From assembly GCA_977017645.1 (NCBI GenBank), contig OZ360227.1, positions 165,664,001-165,728,000 on the forward strand: a DNA stretch of 64,000 nucleotides, read 5' to 3'. Shown in pieces: positions 37,901 through 52,900 of this stretch. The position numbers were made by a program, and so were the translations under genes. The notes beneath the pieces are model-generated. The model did no database searches. It saw nothing but the letters and a program-made list of their open reading frames with translations, and was not told the origin of the DNA. The stretch's first letter is position 1; every line of letters begins with the position of its first letter. This DNA is from Torpedo marmorata. Lineage: Eukaryota.

Positions 37901-40900
37901 GTTGAACATATTTCTAATTGGTCAGAAGTTCATGTGGCACAAATATCAGAATCAAGTCATATACATACCTTGTTCACTAATAATGGATACATTGGTGTGT
38001 GATTATTCTCTGTATCGCTCAGTTAATCAATGGGGATAAATGTGGAAAAAGAGTGATGTGATTGATATTTTCACATTTCTGTAAACAGCCAGAGATTATC
38101 TATTTTTCCATTGTATTAAATTCCACCAGAAAGGTGAAAGTCAGAAGAAACCTTTCCAGCTGAGAAATAATAGGTATCAGGGATTCAGGAATCAGGGAAA
38201 ACTGAAAGTAACAGTAGAAATAAGATCAAGAATTACATAGGCAGAATAAAGAGAATAAGGGATTTAGTGAGAGGAGAGATAGGGAGCATCGATAAATTGT
38301 CATATCTATTCCCAGGGTAGGGGTGTCTAAAACTAGACAGCATAGATTTAAGATGAGAGGGGAAAGATGTAAAAGGAACTAGAGCAGCATCTTTTTCAGA
38401 CAGAAGGTGGTAGGTATGTGTAGCGAGCCGCCAGTGGAAGCTGTAGAAGTGGGTAAAAGTATGCCATTTAAAGATATTTGGACAGAAAGAAGTTTCAAGA
38501 GATATGGGCCAAATGCAGGCAAAAAGAATTGTCTTAAGTAAACAACTTGATCAGCATGGACAAGTTGGGCTGAAGGGCCTGTTAACATGCCATAAAACTC
38601 TATGACTATAACTGGGTACTTGTTGAAGGGGTTACTTTGTTAAATATAATAACCCATTTCTATTTAAGCGATATTCTTTTGCAAGAACTGAGCCAAGCAA
38701 ATTCATACATATTAAAATTACACATAACTAATGGAAACAATTCAAATAGATGGAAAGTTGAAAAACATTTTTTTTTACTTACATCACTTGCAATATTTGT
38801 AGAATTTTTGGCAGCCTTTATTGATATTGCATCAGGTCGAAGGTCGTAACCTTTCTTCTTGGATTCTTCCCAGTCAAACTTATACTTGTTCTGCAAAGGG
38901 AAGATGTTTACTACCAATCATTCAGGATTTGAATTTGAACTTTCTTTATATAATTATCATTTTAAAATATCTCTTACATTACTGAACATAAGTGAGTTGG
39001 CTTTTGCTTGTACAATGTCTGGAGAATCTGCAGTTACATGGTTCTTAATTTTGTCTTTCTCCCAGGCCTCTGTGTACAGATTCTGTAAAATAAAGGCAAT
39101 TCTCAGCTCATTTAAAAATAACTAGAAAAGGTCTGAAAAGGCAGATTAGAGTTAGCATTTAGACTGAAATTTGACAACGTTTACAGCGCTGTAGAATGTT
39201 CCATCTGATTAATACCTAACAAAAATTTAAATAAGTATGCAACTGATACATTATGAAGTTATATTATAAGCATCACATCTACAGTTTATCCAGTGGGTAT
39301 TTAAAGATTCTACATTTCCAATTTCTCCCAAGTGACTTGGTCTCAGCCAAAGTAAAAACACAATGCTGGAGAAACGCAGCTGGTCAAACAGTGTACAGGT
39401 AGTCCTCGACTTCCAACCTACGCGAGTTACGTCCACCCGCACATACGACCGTAATTTTAAAAAAAAAATACGCGTCTGCGCATGCGCAACATAGCACAAT
39501 ATAGGGCCGTGTGCGCAGTCGCCATTCTGTAGGCGCGCTAGAAACATGGCAAGCAAGAGGAAAAACATATCCCTTGCTGATAGAGCTGCTAAGAGACCGA
39601 GGAAAACCATAACTTTGGAGGTAAAAATGAAAGCCATTAACCAACATGACCAAGGTAGAAAGGTCAAAGTCTACAGTTGTCGCATTCCACCGTGTCAACG
39701 ATTTTAAAGGATAAAGAGGATATTGAACTGTGCAGGGCAAAGAGGGTATATATGGAAGTACTGAAGCTTTTGAAACATATAAAGGTGGATAAGTTTCCAG
39801 ACCCTGATGGGATTTTCCCCAGGACCTTGAGAGAAGTTAGTGAGGAAATAGCGGAGGCTCTGGCAGTGATTTTTCAAATGTCATTAGAGACGGGTATAGT
39901 GCCGGAGGATTGGAGTGTTGCACATGTGGTTCCTTTGTTTAAAAAGGGTTCGAGGAGCAAGCCTAGCAATTATCGGCCTGTAAGTTTGACGTCTGTGGTG
40001 GGTAAATTAATAGAAAGCGTTCTTAGAGATAGTGTGTATGAGTATCTAGAGAGACAGGGTCTGATAAGGGACACTCAACACGGATTTGTGCGTGGAAGGT
40101 CATGTTTGACCAATCTTGTTGAATTTTTTGAAGAGGTGACTAGGAATGTTTATGAAGGTAGAGCAGTGGATGTTGTCTATATGGACTTCAGTAAGGTCTT
40201 CGATAAGGTTCCGCATGGGAGGTTAGTTAGGAAGGCTCAGTCGTTAGGTATTAATTTGGAGATAGTCAATTGGATTCAACAGTGGCTGGAAGGAAGGTGC
40301 GAGAGAGTAGTAGTGGATAATTGTTTGTCAGGATGGAAGCCGGTGACAAGCGGTGTGCCTCAGGGGTCAGTATTGGGACCATTGCTATTTGTCATATACA
40401 TTAATGATCTGGAGGATGGAGCAGTAAATTGGATTAGTAAATATGCAGATGATACTAAAATAGGGGGAATTGTGGATGATGAAGAGGGTTTTCAAAGATT
40501 GCAGAGGGATTTGAACTGCTTAGAAGAGTGGGCTGAAAGATGGCAGATGGAGTTTAATGCTGATAAGTGTGAGGTGCTTCATTTTGGAAAGAATAATCAA
40601 AGCAAGACATACGTAATAAATGGGAGGGCATTGAAGAATGCAGTGGAGCAGAAAGATCTAGGAATAACGGTGCATTGTTCCCTAAAGGTAGGATCGCATG
40701 TGGATAGGGTGGTGAAGAAGGCCTTTAGTATGCTTGCCTATATAAATCAATGCATAGAATATAGGAGTTGGGAAGTGATGATGAAACTGTACAAGGCATT
40801 GGTGAGGCCAAATTTGGAGTACTGTGTGCAGTTCTGGTCACCGAATTATAGGAAGGATATCAACAAAATAGAGAGAGGGCAGAGAAGATTTACAAGAATG

Positions 40901-43900
40901 TTGCCTGGGTTTCAGCATCTGGAATACAAAGAAAGATTGAACAAATTAGGTCTTTATTCGTTGGAACATAGAAGGCTGAAAGGAGATTTGATAGAGGTAT
41001 TTAAGATTATGAGGGGGATAGATAGAGTTGATGTGGATAGACTATTTCCATTGAGAGTAGGAGAGATGGATACAAGAGGTCATTGGTTGAGAGTTGACGG
41101 GAAAAGGTTCAGGAGTAACATGAGGGGGAACTTCTTTACTCAGAGAGTGGTTGATGTGTGGAATGGGCTTCCGGGAGAGGTGGTGGAGGCAGGGTCAATT
41201 CTGTCATTTAAGGAAAAATTGGATAGGTATATGGATGGGAGGGGAATGGAGGGATATGGGAAGGGTGCTGGTAGGTGGGATTAGAGGAGGGTACTTGGAT
41301 CGGTGCAGACTAGAAGGGCCGAACTGGCCTGTTTCTGTGCTGTAGTTGTTATATGGTTATATATGGTTAATACGCGAGGCTGTAAGAGGATCTGTAAGTT
41401 TGAAGAGCACAATTTTAACTAAGCAACGGCGAGGGCCCATTCACGAGATGGAAAAGTTATTAATGGTGTGGTTGGAAGACCTGATTCAGAAACGCATGCC
41501 ACTGAATTTAAGGACGATTCAGACGAAGGCTAGAAGTCTTTTCGAGGCATTGAAGGAGTGAGCGGGAGAGGAGTACATTGGGAGTTTCACCGCAAGTAAT
41601 GGCTGGTTTCGTAGATTTAAAAGAAGGTACAGCTTGCACAATGTACGAGTCTCAGGTGAAGCAGCAAGTGCCGATAAAGGAGTCGCCAAAAGTTCATTGA
41701 AAGTGTGGATGAGTTAATCCGTGATGGCGGTTATCAACTAGAGCACATTTTCAATGTGGACGAAATGGGACTTTTTTGGAAGAGGATGCCGGAACGAATG
41801 TACATCCATAAAGAAGCTTGCACGATGCCGGGATTTAAAGCATTTAAGGATCGAGTGACCTTGTTACTGGGAGGTAATGTTGCTGGTTTTAAGCTGAAGC
41901 CTTTCCTGATTTACCGCTCCGAGAACCCACGTGCATTCAAAAACATTAACAAGCATACCCTGCCTGTCCACTACAGATCCAACCCCAAAGCCTGGATGAC
42001 TAGGGCCTTGTTTGAAGACTGGTTTGCTAACTGTTTCATTCCAAATGTTCGGCAATATTTAGAAAATAGTTTCACTTTCAAGATTCCATTAATCTTAGAT
42101 AACGCGCCTGGACATCCCCCTCATTTGTCGGACCTTAATCCCGATGTTAACGTGATATTTCTGCCACCAAACACAACTTTTATCATTCAGCCAATGGACC
42201 AAGGGGCGATTGCGACTTTTAAAGCTCATTACCTTCGCTCAACATTTGCGCAGGCCATAGCAGCAACCGACAATGATCAAGCATTGTTACGTGATTTTTG
42301 GAAAGATTACAGCATTCTTAATTGCATCAAGAACATCGCGGCAGCATGGGAGAATGTTACAGGAAGATGCGTGAATGGAATTTGGAAAAAATGTCTCAAA
42401 CGCTACGTTCACACAAGCTTGAATGAGGAGGATGTGCTTGACGAGATTAGAGAGAACATTGTGACGCTCGCAAGGGATCTTGAATTGGTAGTCGACGTTG
42501 AAGATGTGGAAGAGTTATTAGATCTTGAATCAAAGGAATTGATCAATGAGGACTTAATTGAATTAGAAGAAGAACGCATTGCAGAGGAGGAAAAGAGGAA
42601 AGAGGAAGAGAAAGAGGATGAGGAACCGCAGAAGAGGTTCACAGTTAAAGGGTTGTCCAATGCGTTTTCACAAATGAATAAGGCCCTTTCCGAGTTTGAA
42701 AGCATGGACCAGAATGTTGAAAGATTTTCCAAGATTGATCGCCAAATTCAGGACGCTTTAAGTTCTTATTGTCAAATTTACGAGGATAAAAAGAAACAAA
42801 CGGTGCAAACAAATTTAGGCATGTTCTTCAAATGTCCTTCATCAACCCCCTGCCCATCAACCCATGAAGAAGAAGAAGAAGACTGTGAGGAGCCACAGCC
42901 AAGTACCAGTACAAGTGCAGTGATGGGATCAAGCTCAGATGAAGAGACTTCCGATTATAGTTCAAATGTTGACAATCTTTATTAAAACTACTATACCTGT
43001 ACAGGTACATATTTTGTATTAAAAGTACTGTATATATGTTGAGATTCTTTATTATTTACTTGAAGTTCATATGTTGAGTATCTTTATTAAAGATACTGTA
43101 CTGTACATATGTTGAGATTCTTCATTAAAGGTTCATTTGTTGAAAATGTTTTTGAAAAATTGCTTTAAGACCTCGTTAAGACATGCGCGGTAGGGTGAAT
43201 CCGACTTACGACCAATCCGAGTTACGACCAATCCTTTGGTCCCAATTACAGTCGTTAGTCAAGGACTACCTGTACCTTATGTAGCAAAGATAAAGATACA
43301 TAACCAACGTTTCAGGCTTGAACCTGAGGTGTCCTTGATGAAGGGCACAATCCCAAAACATTGGTTATGTATCTTTAACTTTACTACATAAAGTACACTG
43401 TCTGACCAGCTGAATTTCTCCAGCATTGTGTTTTTACTTCAACCATGGTGTCTGCAGACTTTTGTGTTTTACTTCTGGTCTCATCCAAAGCAGTGTTTAA
43501 AAAAATGATTCGATTGACTTCAGTGCCTCTGGCCTGGGGAAAGTAAAAAGGTCAACATTTCCACTCCTGATCACCATCCAGTAAACTCCACCAAACTATG
43601 AGATGAAGACCAGATTCAGCTTGTCTGAAAGGTTTCATTCTGCCAACCCTCCACCAGTCATTTGCATTATAAAACTTTATCCCACATTGATTAAGCTCAA
43701 ACTCTAAATAATGGGAGCTTAGGTGAGATATAACTCAGATGAATTCAAATAAATAGGGGGAAAACACCGCCAGACTAAAATATTTATTTTCCAATTATCT
43801 ACCTTCTTCATTGCCTCTGTGTTCGTCATCGCCAGGACCAGGTCAACAGAGTCAAGCAAACTTGTGAACTTGAAGTTATCTGGATGCTGTCGATAATTCT

Positions 43901-46900
43901 TCTCACTTGCAATCTCTGTTGCTTTCTTAGCCTTCTCAACATCCAATGAACCAATGGGACTCCAGCCAATCCCCTTCAGCCATTGAAGGTCCATCTTATA
44001 ATTGTTCTAGATAATCAAAAACAACAACATCTGAATCTTTAGATGTGCATGCACCATAAAACTAAGCAAGACCTGGATACTTGCATCACCAGACCACAAC
44101 TATCTTTAATGATTAATTGGACTATAGTATCTTACTTATCAATTGCAATACAGATAATTATAGAGACTGACCATACACTAAAAAATGCATTGAAGCCACA
44201 CCAATGCAGTGTTTACAAAAATATTTTTAGTTCACCTTTGAGATGTGGCTTTTACAGTAACTAATATAAAAGTGAATGTACTTGGAGATTTAATGACCAT
44301 GAAGAGAGAAGCTATTCCCAAAAGCATTTGATTCAAACCATTCATTCCAGGAATCATTCTTGTGGACCTTCTCTGAACCCTCTCCAATGCCAGCACATCC
44401 TTTCTTAAATAAGGAGCCCAAAACTGTACTCCGCACTCCAAGTGAGGCCTTGCAAGTGCCTTATAAAGCCTCAACATCACATCCCTGCTCTTATATCTTA
44501 TTCCCCTAGATATGAATGCCAACATTGCATTTGCCTTCTTCACCACCGACTCAACCTGGAGGTTAACATTTTGGGTATCTGCATGAGGACTTCCAAAGTC
44601 CCTTTGCACTTCTAAGTTTTGAATTATCTCCCCATCCAAATAATAGTCTTCCCTTTTTTATTCCTTCTACCAAAGCGCATGACCGTATACTTTCCAACAT
44701 TGTATTTCATTTGCCCATTCTCCTAATCTAAGTTTCTCTGCAGCCTTTCCATTTCCTCCTCACTACCTGCCCCTCCACCTATCTTTGTATCATCTGCAAA
44801 CTTAGCCATAAAACCATTTATTCCGCAATCCAAATCATTAACATACAATGTAAAAAGAAGTGGCTACCGGTTACCAGTGGTGCGGTACACCACTGGTAAC
44901 TGGTAGCCAACCAGAATAGGATCCCTTTTTCCCCACCCTCTGTTTCCTGCCGATCAGCCAATACTCTACCCATGCAAGTATCTTTTCTGTAATTCCATGG
45001 GCTCTCATTTTGTGAAGCAGCCTCATGTGTGGCACCTTGTCAAAGGCCTTTTGAAAGTCCAAATATAAAACATCCACTGCATGTCCTTTGTCTATCTAGT
45101 CTGCTTGTGGTTTCCTCAAAAAATTGCAGTAGGTTTATCAGACAAGATTTTCCCTTCAGGAAACCATGCTGACTTTGGCCTCTCTTGTCAAGCACCTCCA
45201 GGTACTCCGTAACCTCATCCTTGACAATGGACTCTAACAACTTCCCAACCACCGATGTTAGGCTAACATGTTTATAATTTCCTTTCTGCTGCCCCTCTCC
45301 CTTCTTAAATAGCGGAGTGACCGTTGCAATTTTACAGTTGTCTGGAACCATGTCAGAATCTATTGATTCTTGGAAGATCATTAATAGTGCCTCCACAATC
45401 TCTATAAATACTTCTTTCAGAACCCAAAGGTGCATTCCATCTGGTCCGGGAGACTTATTTACCCTTAGACATTTCAGCTTGCCAAGCATATTCTATCTGG
45501 TGATTGTGACTGCACTCACTTCTCTTCCCTGACACCCTTGAAAGTCCAGTATACTGTTAATGTCTTCCACAGTGAAGACTAATGCAAAATACTCATTCAA
45601 TTCCTCTGCCATCTCATCTCCCATAATTTCTCCACAGTTGTGTCATTTTTCCATTCAAATATTCCTTCTTTTTTGGAATATACCTGTCCTGCACCTTCCT
45701 TATTTCTTGCAGAAACTCCAGCCATTGCTGTTCTGCTATCCTCCCTGCTAGTGTGCCTTTCCAAATAACTTTTGCCAGTTCCTCTCACACCTCTGTAGTC
45801 TTCTTTGTCCCACTGGTATACTGACACCTCTGATTTTAGTTTCTCCCTCTCAAACTACAGGGTGAATTCTATCATATTATGATCACTGCCTTCTAAGGGT
45901 TCCCTTACCTTCATCTCTCTTATCAACTCTGGTTCATTACACTATACCTACCGTAATTCAGAATTGTCATTTCCCTGATCGGCTCAGCCACAAGCTGTTC
46001 AAAGAAGCCATTGTGTAGGCATTCTACAAATTCTCTCTCTTGAGATCCAGTTCCAACCTGGTTTTCCCAATCTACTTACATGTTAAAATCCGCCATGACT
46101 ACCATAACATTGCCCTTCTGACATGCCTTTTCCATTTGCTATTGTAATTTGTTGTCCACATCCCGGCTATTCTTTGGAAGTCTATATATAACTGTCAACA
46201 GTATTTATTTATTTAATTCTCTTTCTTTGGTTTTAGCTACTCAATTAGATCCAAATCCACTTACAGCAATATTTGGTATAAATGATCCTAGTAATCATGA
46301 TCTTACTAATAATCAAACATGTGATTGCTTTTTCTTCTCTGGTTGCAAGGTGACAGATCTTGCTAAAATGGAAGGATGGTAATCCTCCTATTTATGAAGA
46401 TTGGCTATCAAGTTTAATGTCCTATTTAACATTAGAAAAGATTAGATGTTCAAATATTAAATTAAACCTAAAATTTACTAATATTTGGGGTTCCTTTATG
46501 GACTATTATCAGAGTTTATGATTCCTCATGCTTTGAAGTTATATTATCTCTACAGGTCAGTGCAATTCTGGGGTGGGGGTAGGTGGAAGGCTAGTTTAAA
46601 TTGCTTTAGCTTTTATAAAAAAATGTATTACGATGAAATTACTATGTTATTTTTTTTGTGGCTTGGTTCTTTTTATATCTATTGGTATTATAATACTAAA
46701 TTGTAAAGAAAAAAAAATGATATATACCGTATATTTTGGCGTATAAGTCTAGTCTTGAAACCCTCAAAAATCTCTCAAAAAACTGGGGTCGACTTATACG
46801 CCGGATATACTTTTGAGACCTTAAAATCAGCTCAAAAACCACTCCACGCCGATTCGGCGTATAAGTCGACCCTTGAAAACCCGATTCGGCGTATAAGTTG

Positions 46901-49900
46901 ACCCTTGAAAACCCGATTCGATGTATAAGTCGACCCTTGAAAACCCGATTCGGCGTATAAGTCGACCCTTGAAAAACCAAAAAAAAACCCGACTGCAACA
47001 AATTTTCATTGACCTTTTTATTGAAAACAACAAGACATTTAGAACCCTTCATAATCACTTTCGCTATCATCGTCTGAGGCAAAGATCTCGGCAAGCACAT
47101 CCGGGGTCTCACTGTTTAAACAGTCATCGTACGGGTCCCAGTCTGTATCTGATGAGGCGGCTTCAGCTTCGTCGACAGTGTCCCACAATAAATCATCTTC
47201 CGTACCATCAATTGCACAAGAGATACCGCACTTTTTAAACGATTTTATTATAGTCTCTACTTTCACTTTGTCTCATGCCTTGAGCACGAAGTCACACAGC
47301 ACATCAAGCGATGCAGCACGCATTGGCCTGCCTTTTGTAAATGATTTTTCTGCACTCGACATCCATGTATTCCACTCTTCACGCACATGGTCTTTGAATG
47401 GCTTGTTCAAGCAGACATCGAGAGGTTGCAATATAGACGTCAAACCACCCGGGATAACCGCCATGTAAGTATTATTTTGTGCTAATCTACTTTTAGTCTT
47501 CTCAGTTAAGTGGCTACGAAACATATCCCAGACCAGCAAACTCCGTTTCTTGAGTAAACCGCCTGACCGCCTGTTCCACACATTGTCTATCCATAGTTTT
47601 ACACCATTTTCATCCATCCATCCTTTTTCATGAAAATGTACAAAAATACCCGCAGGGAATTTTATTTTAGGTTTAAATTTACGTTTGAAGTTTACCATGG
47701 GTCTTAACTTTGTCCCGTCGGCCATGCACGATAACACCACAGTAAACCTGGTCCTTTCATGGCCTGTACTCCTGGTTTGCACAGTTTTCACACCTTTCCA
47801 TTCCACTGTTCTATTGCCTATCATGTCAAAATTCATGGGGGTTTCGTCCACGTTTCCAATATTTGCCAATGCAAACTTGTGTTTCTGCCGGTTACGTAAA
47901 ATAAACTGGTGAAAACTTATAACTTTATGATCAAGATCTTTTGGTAGTTTCTGAGCAATTTTTGTTTTTTGTCGTAATACCAGATTTTTCCTGTTCATAA
48001 AACGGTTGCACCAGCATAGCTTCAAAATCATTACTGAGTTCTGGGTGCGACTTTGCCCAGTTCAGTGCAAATGTTCTTATTTTATTTCGGGTGACTATGT
48101 AGCAATCTTGCCTCTGTTCACGTACCCATGTTGCGACGTGATTTTCCAACTCTGGCCAACGAGTGATCCCTCTTCTCATCGAACATTGCCTTTTTGGTAT
48201 TTTTCTTAAAGTATCTTCTTTCTTCCTCCAATCTCTTACCAACTTCTCCTATATATCAAATTTTCTTGCAGCAGCACAGTTGTTGGTTTTCTTGGCCATT
48301 TCTATCACTTTTAATTTAAAACTCGCCTCATACTTTTGTCGTTTCAATTGAGCCTCCATGATAACAATCACCTCCAGCCAACGCCCAGAGCTCAATCAGC
48401 GCGATCGTTGTGGGTCGACCTATACGCCGGTCAACGCCCAGCAGCTCAATCATCGCGATTTTTGGGGGTCGACTTATACGCTGGTCAACGCTCAGCATCT
48501 CAGGCATCGTGATTTTTAGGGGGTCGACTTATACGCCGGATATACAATAAAACCATTAAAATGAGGCTGAAAAAGGGGGGTCGACTTGTCTGCAAGTCGA
48601 CTTATACGCCGAAATATACGGTATATATATCTGTAATGTATAAGTAAAATTTTTTTTTTTTAATTTAATTTAATTTAGACATATAGCACGGTAACAGGCC
48701 ATTTCGGCCCACGAGTCCATGCCGCCCAATTTGCACCCAATTAACCTACACCCCCAGTACGTTTTGAACGGTGGGAGGAAACCTGAGCCCCCGGGGAAAA
48801 CCCACGTAGACACGGGGAGAACGTACAAACTCCTTACAGACAGCGCGGGATTCGAACTCCAGTCCCGATCGCTGGCACTGTAATGGCGTTGCGCTAACCG
48901 CTACGCCAACCGTGCCACCTCTATCTTTTTCCTCTTGCCATTTCTTAACTCAACCCACAATGTTAAGCATGCTATACATCTTGTTTCCCCTCTCATGTCC
49001 TTGCGTGGTCAGAAAAGGAAACAAGTTGAAGGAAAAAGGTTGAATTCTCAATAAAACCATAGAAATCCAAAGCCTGTTCTGTTAATGAATAGAATGGGTT
49101 GACAAAAAGGGTATGAAACTAGATTTTTTTTAGAAAGATTTTCCAAAAGCAGAAATACTTACATCACTCTGTATTTCCATCATCTTTCTGGCATGTTTTA
49201 GGTCCATTGCATCAGGTAGGTATGTGAAATGGTGGAGTTGTTGCCTATAATTGGCATTAGTGGCCACTTCCTGGGACTTCTTCGCAGCTGAGATGCTCAT
49301 CATGTCCAATGGCACGTGATACCTGGTCTTACTCATCTCGTAATTCTTTTTGTATTCACGATCAGACTGCAACTTGGCCACGTGCATGGAATGAACCAGC
49401 TTAGGATCATCCTGCAGGTTACGGAAACCAACGTGCTTTCCTCTTGCCATTTCATAAGCATGCTTATACTTGTACTGCAAGAAAGTAACGGTGAAAAATG
49501 AACCATGAATCCGTTAAAAGAACATCCAAATTACCAATAAAAATCTATGTGCAGAATTATGAAGGACAGTATCTATGAAATAATTTTCCATTTCATTTTA
49601 ACATGAAACTGATTTCTTCACACTACTGTACTTCAAAAATACAGTAAGTTAGCAGTGGTAAAATAGTTGAATGGAAGGTATTGCAGCCTCTGTGACTTGT
49701 ATCCTCTCTGCTTTGAATGTTTATAACATTTAAATATTTATTGGAAACATTTGTTCCAAAATGTATGGTATGAGTCACACAATCAGGTTTATCTCCTTGA
49801 CTGGTGAAGCGTGTGGGTACTGCATCAACTTTACAACCAACGTCTACTATTGTGCTAAAGGTCAATCTGCTCAATGCCAATGTAGTTACAGAACCCACTC

Positions 49901-52900
49901 AAATATTAAGATGGGTCAAGCATTCTGGAGTAAAGTTCAGCCACAACCCTTAATCCTAGCTAATTCAGTTGATTTTAACCAGTGGCAGATCCATTTGTCC
50001 TCACGCACTGGTTTTAGGACGCCCAAGGTTCCTGTAAATAGAAGTATTGAGTGAGTGATACAACTCAGTTCATTGCTCCAATTGACCTTTTTACCTTCAG
50101 TGCAACCTTTTACCGTGTTTTGTTCTCAACATTCTGCACCGGTCACTTTAAGGATAAGGATGTAGGAGCAGGAAATGTCCATTCAGCCCATCGAGTCTGC
50201 ACTGCCATGCATATCATGGCTGAAGTATTTTTCCTCTCAACCCAATTGCCCTGCCTTCTCCCCGTAACCCAAGACATACTTAGTAATCAAGAATGTATGA
50301 GCCTCTGCATTAAATATACTCAATGAATTGGCCCCGACAGCCATCTGTGGCCATAAATTCCACAGATTTTCCACCCTCTGGCTGAAGAAATTTCTCCTCA
50401 TCTCTGTTATAAGATGATGGCCTTTTATTCTGAGGCTGTGCCCTGTGGTCCTAGCATCTCCCACAACTGGAAATATCCTGTCCACATCTGCTCTTCCTGC
50501 AATTTCAATATTTGGTAGTTTTCAATGATTTGCGCCCCCCCCCCCATTTAAACCAGCGAGTACAAGAGTTCCTCATATGTTAACCCTCCCATTCCTGGGA
50601 TGATTCTCGTAAACGTCCTCTGGACCCTCTCCAATGCCAGCACATTGTTCCTCAGATATGGATCCCAAAGCTGCGCACATTACTCCAGATATGGCAGACC
50701 GACGACTCACAAAGCCTCAGCATTACATCCTTGGTTTTATAATCTAGCCCTTTCAAAATGAATGCTAACATTGCATTTGCCTTTCTTACTACCAATTCAA
50801 TCTGAAAGTTAACCTTTAGGGAATCCTGCACTAGGACTCCCAAGTGCCTTTGGACTCCATTTTCTGAATACTATCTCCAATTGGAAAATAGTTTACGCCT
50901 TTATTTCTTCCACCAGAACGCATGACCATACATATCCCTGCACTGAATTCCATCTGCCATTTCTTTGCCCATTTTCCCATCCTGTCCGTCCCTTTGCAGA
51001 CTCCCTGCTTCCTCAACACAACCTGTCCCTCCACCTGTTTTGTGTCCTAAGCAAACTTGAGTCAAACAAAAACACCACTAAGAGCAGAGATGATGGGCCC
51101 CCCAGAAGCACTTCCACAAAGATGTGGCCATAAAGCCATCAATTCCATCATCAAAATCATTAACATATAACATGAAAAGTGGTGGACCCAACACCGATCC
51201 CCTGCGGAACACCAGTAGGCATCAGCAGCCAACAAGAAAAAGGCTCCCTTTGTTCTCATTCTTTGCCTTCTGCCTATCCATGCTCGTACCTTTCCTGTAA
51301 TAAAGGACTCCTATCTTGTTTAGCAGCCTCACATGCAGCACCTTGTCAAAGGACTTCTCAAAATCTAAGTAAACAAAGTCCACTGACTCTTCTTTGTCTA
51401 TCTTGCTTGTTACTTCCTCAAAGAATTTCAACAGATTTGTCAGGCAAGAGCTCTCCTGAAGGAAACCATGCTGACCAGCCTATTTTAAAATGTGCTTCCA
51501 AGTGCTCCAAAGCCTCATCCTTAATAATGGACTCTAGAATCTTACCAAGCAACCACTATTTCTGGTGTTGGTGTAGCCAAAAGTTGTGGACATATCTTTG
51601 ATGCTACAGGGCTGTTTTGAAGATGATCCATCTTTGCCTCTTCTGACATGTAGAAGCCTATCAAGTTCTCAAGAACATTGCACCTGCCTCTGAAACCTCC
51701 TTCCCTCCTCAATTTATTCTATATGTTATTGTAGCCAGATGCCAATTTCTCATTGGGAATCATTCCTCAACAGCTCCATTCAATTACTTTGTCTAGTGGT
51801 GAATGCATGATCAGCTTTGCTCAAATTATGCTAGATCTGCCTCAGTGAAAATGCTTACTGTCAAATAGCCTGCTGATGGGTTTTAAATATGTTGAGTAGC
51901 TACTTCAATCTGCAAGCAGACCACTTCAGATGACGAGAAAATTGACTGACCATAAAACAATGGAAAAAGTATCTGTAAAAGTATCTGTAAAACACTTACA
52001 TTACTGGCAATATTAGTGGAAGCTTTGGCAGCTTTGATTGGAATGGCATCAGCACGAAGATCATATCCCTTCTTCTTTGCCTCTTCCATGCTTTGTTTGT
52101 ATATTTTCTGTCAAGGAATATAAATTAAAATAACTGTACGTGTTTGCATGGGTATGAACTAAAGTGATCAACACACAATTGATGAGTGATATCTAAATAA
52201 TGCAACATATACATTTGCACATCAGTACAAAATAGAAGTCAAGTACTCCAAAATCAATTACACATTCTTGCAACTCTGCCCGAACAATTCTATAGGATCA
52301 CAGGCACTCCAAGCATACACGAAGACCATCTGTGTTGACTAATAGTTCTTAGTCTCTTACCTCTGCTTTTATAAGTAACCCTGTAGGTTCTGGTCTGTCA
52401 GCAAGATTCCATCAGCACATACATTTTCTCCTCCCTTTCCCTTTCAACATTTAGACATAAATCCAAATTTAAAAATTTAAAATTTAAATTTTAAATTTCA
52501 GCAGAATGATGCCCTTTGTGACACCTTGGTCTGTTCTCCTATTTCCACCAACCATTCACCTTCTTATAGCATTTACCTGACTGCGAAAGTTAGTTGCCGC
52601 ACCTATCCTTTTACCTCTTTCCCTTCCACCATCTAGGGACCCAGAGTTCGTCCAAATGTAGCAACAATTCACTTGCACTTTTTCCAATCTAGTGTACCAC
52701 ATTTGTTGCTCATGATGTGGTCTCCACTACATTGGTAAAATCTGACACAGATTGGTTGATCACTTTACAGAGCATTTGCGCTGATTCCAGAGGGCTGATC
52801 CGGAGCTTCCTATTGTCCATCATTTTGAACTTCCAACCTACTCCCACCCCGGTCTACCTGTCTGCAGCCTTCAGCACTGTTATAATGTGGTCCATTGTAG

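Larger units (their letters stand above)
39351..43475. mobile_element. Palindromic Penelope pseudo-LTR element split by the Tigger insertion (39351-39395 and 43275-43475)
   Basis: Joining the two halves at the TA target reproduces the layout of the intact copy at 58928-59162. Confidence 0.8.

Noticed and set aside
39677-41284. Apparent Tigger-CR1 RT fusion gene (535 aa)
   Set aside because: Only about 14 transposase residues precede the RT, from a TTG start; the native ATG at 39546 is in a different frame and stops near 39707
46849-46976. CRISPR-like 32-bp repeats
   Set aside because: Head-to-tail with no spacers, inside a pogo transposon in a vertebrate intron
41705-48031. Domesticated TIGD or POGK host genes
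   Set aside because: Both transposases have stops or frameshifts and retain TIRs with TA target sites
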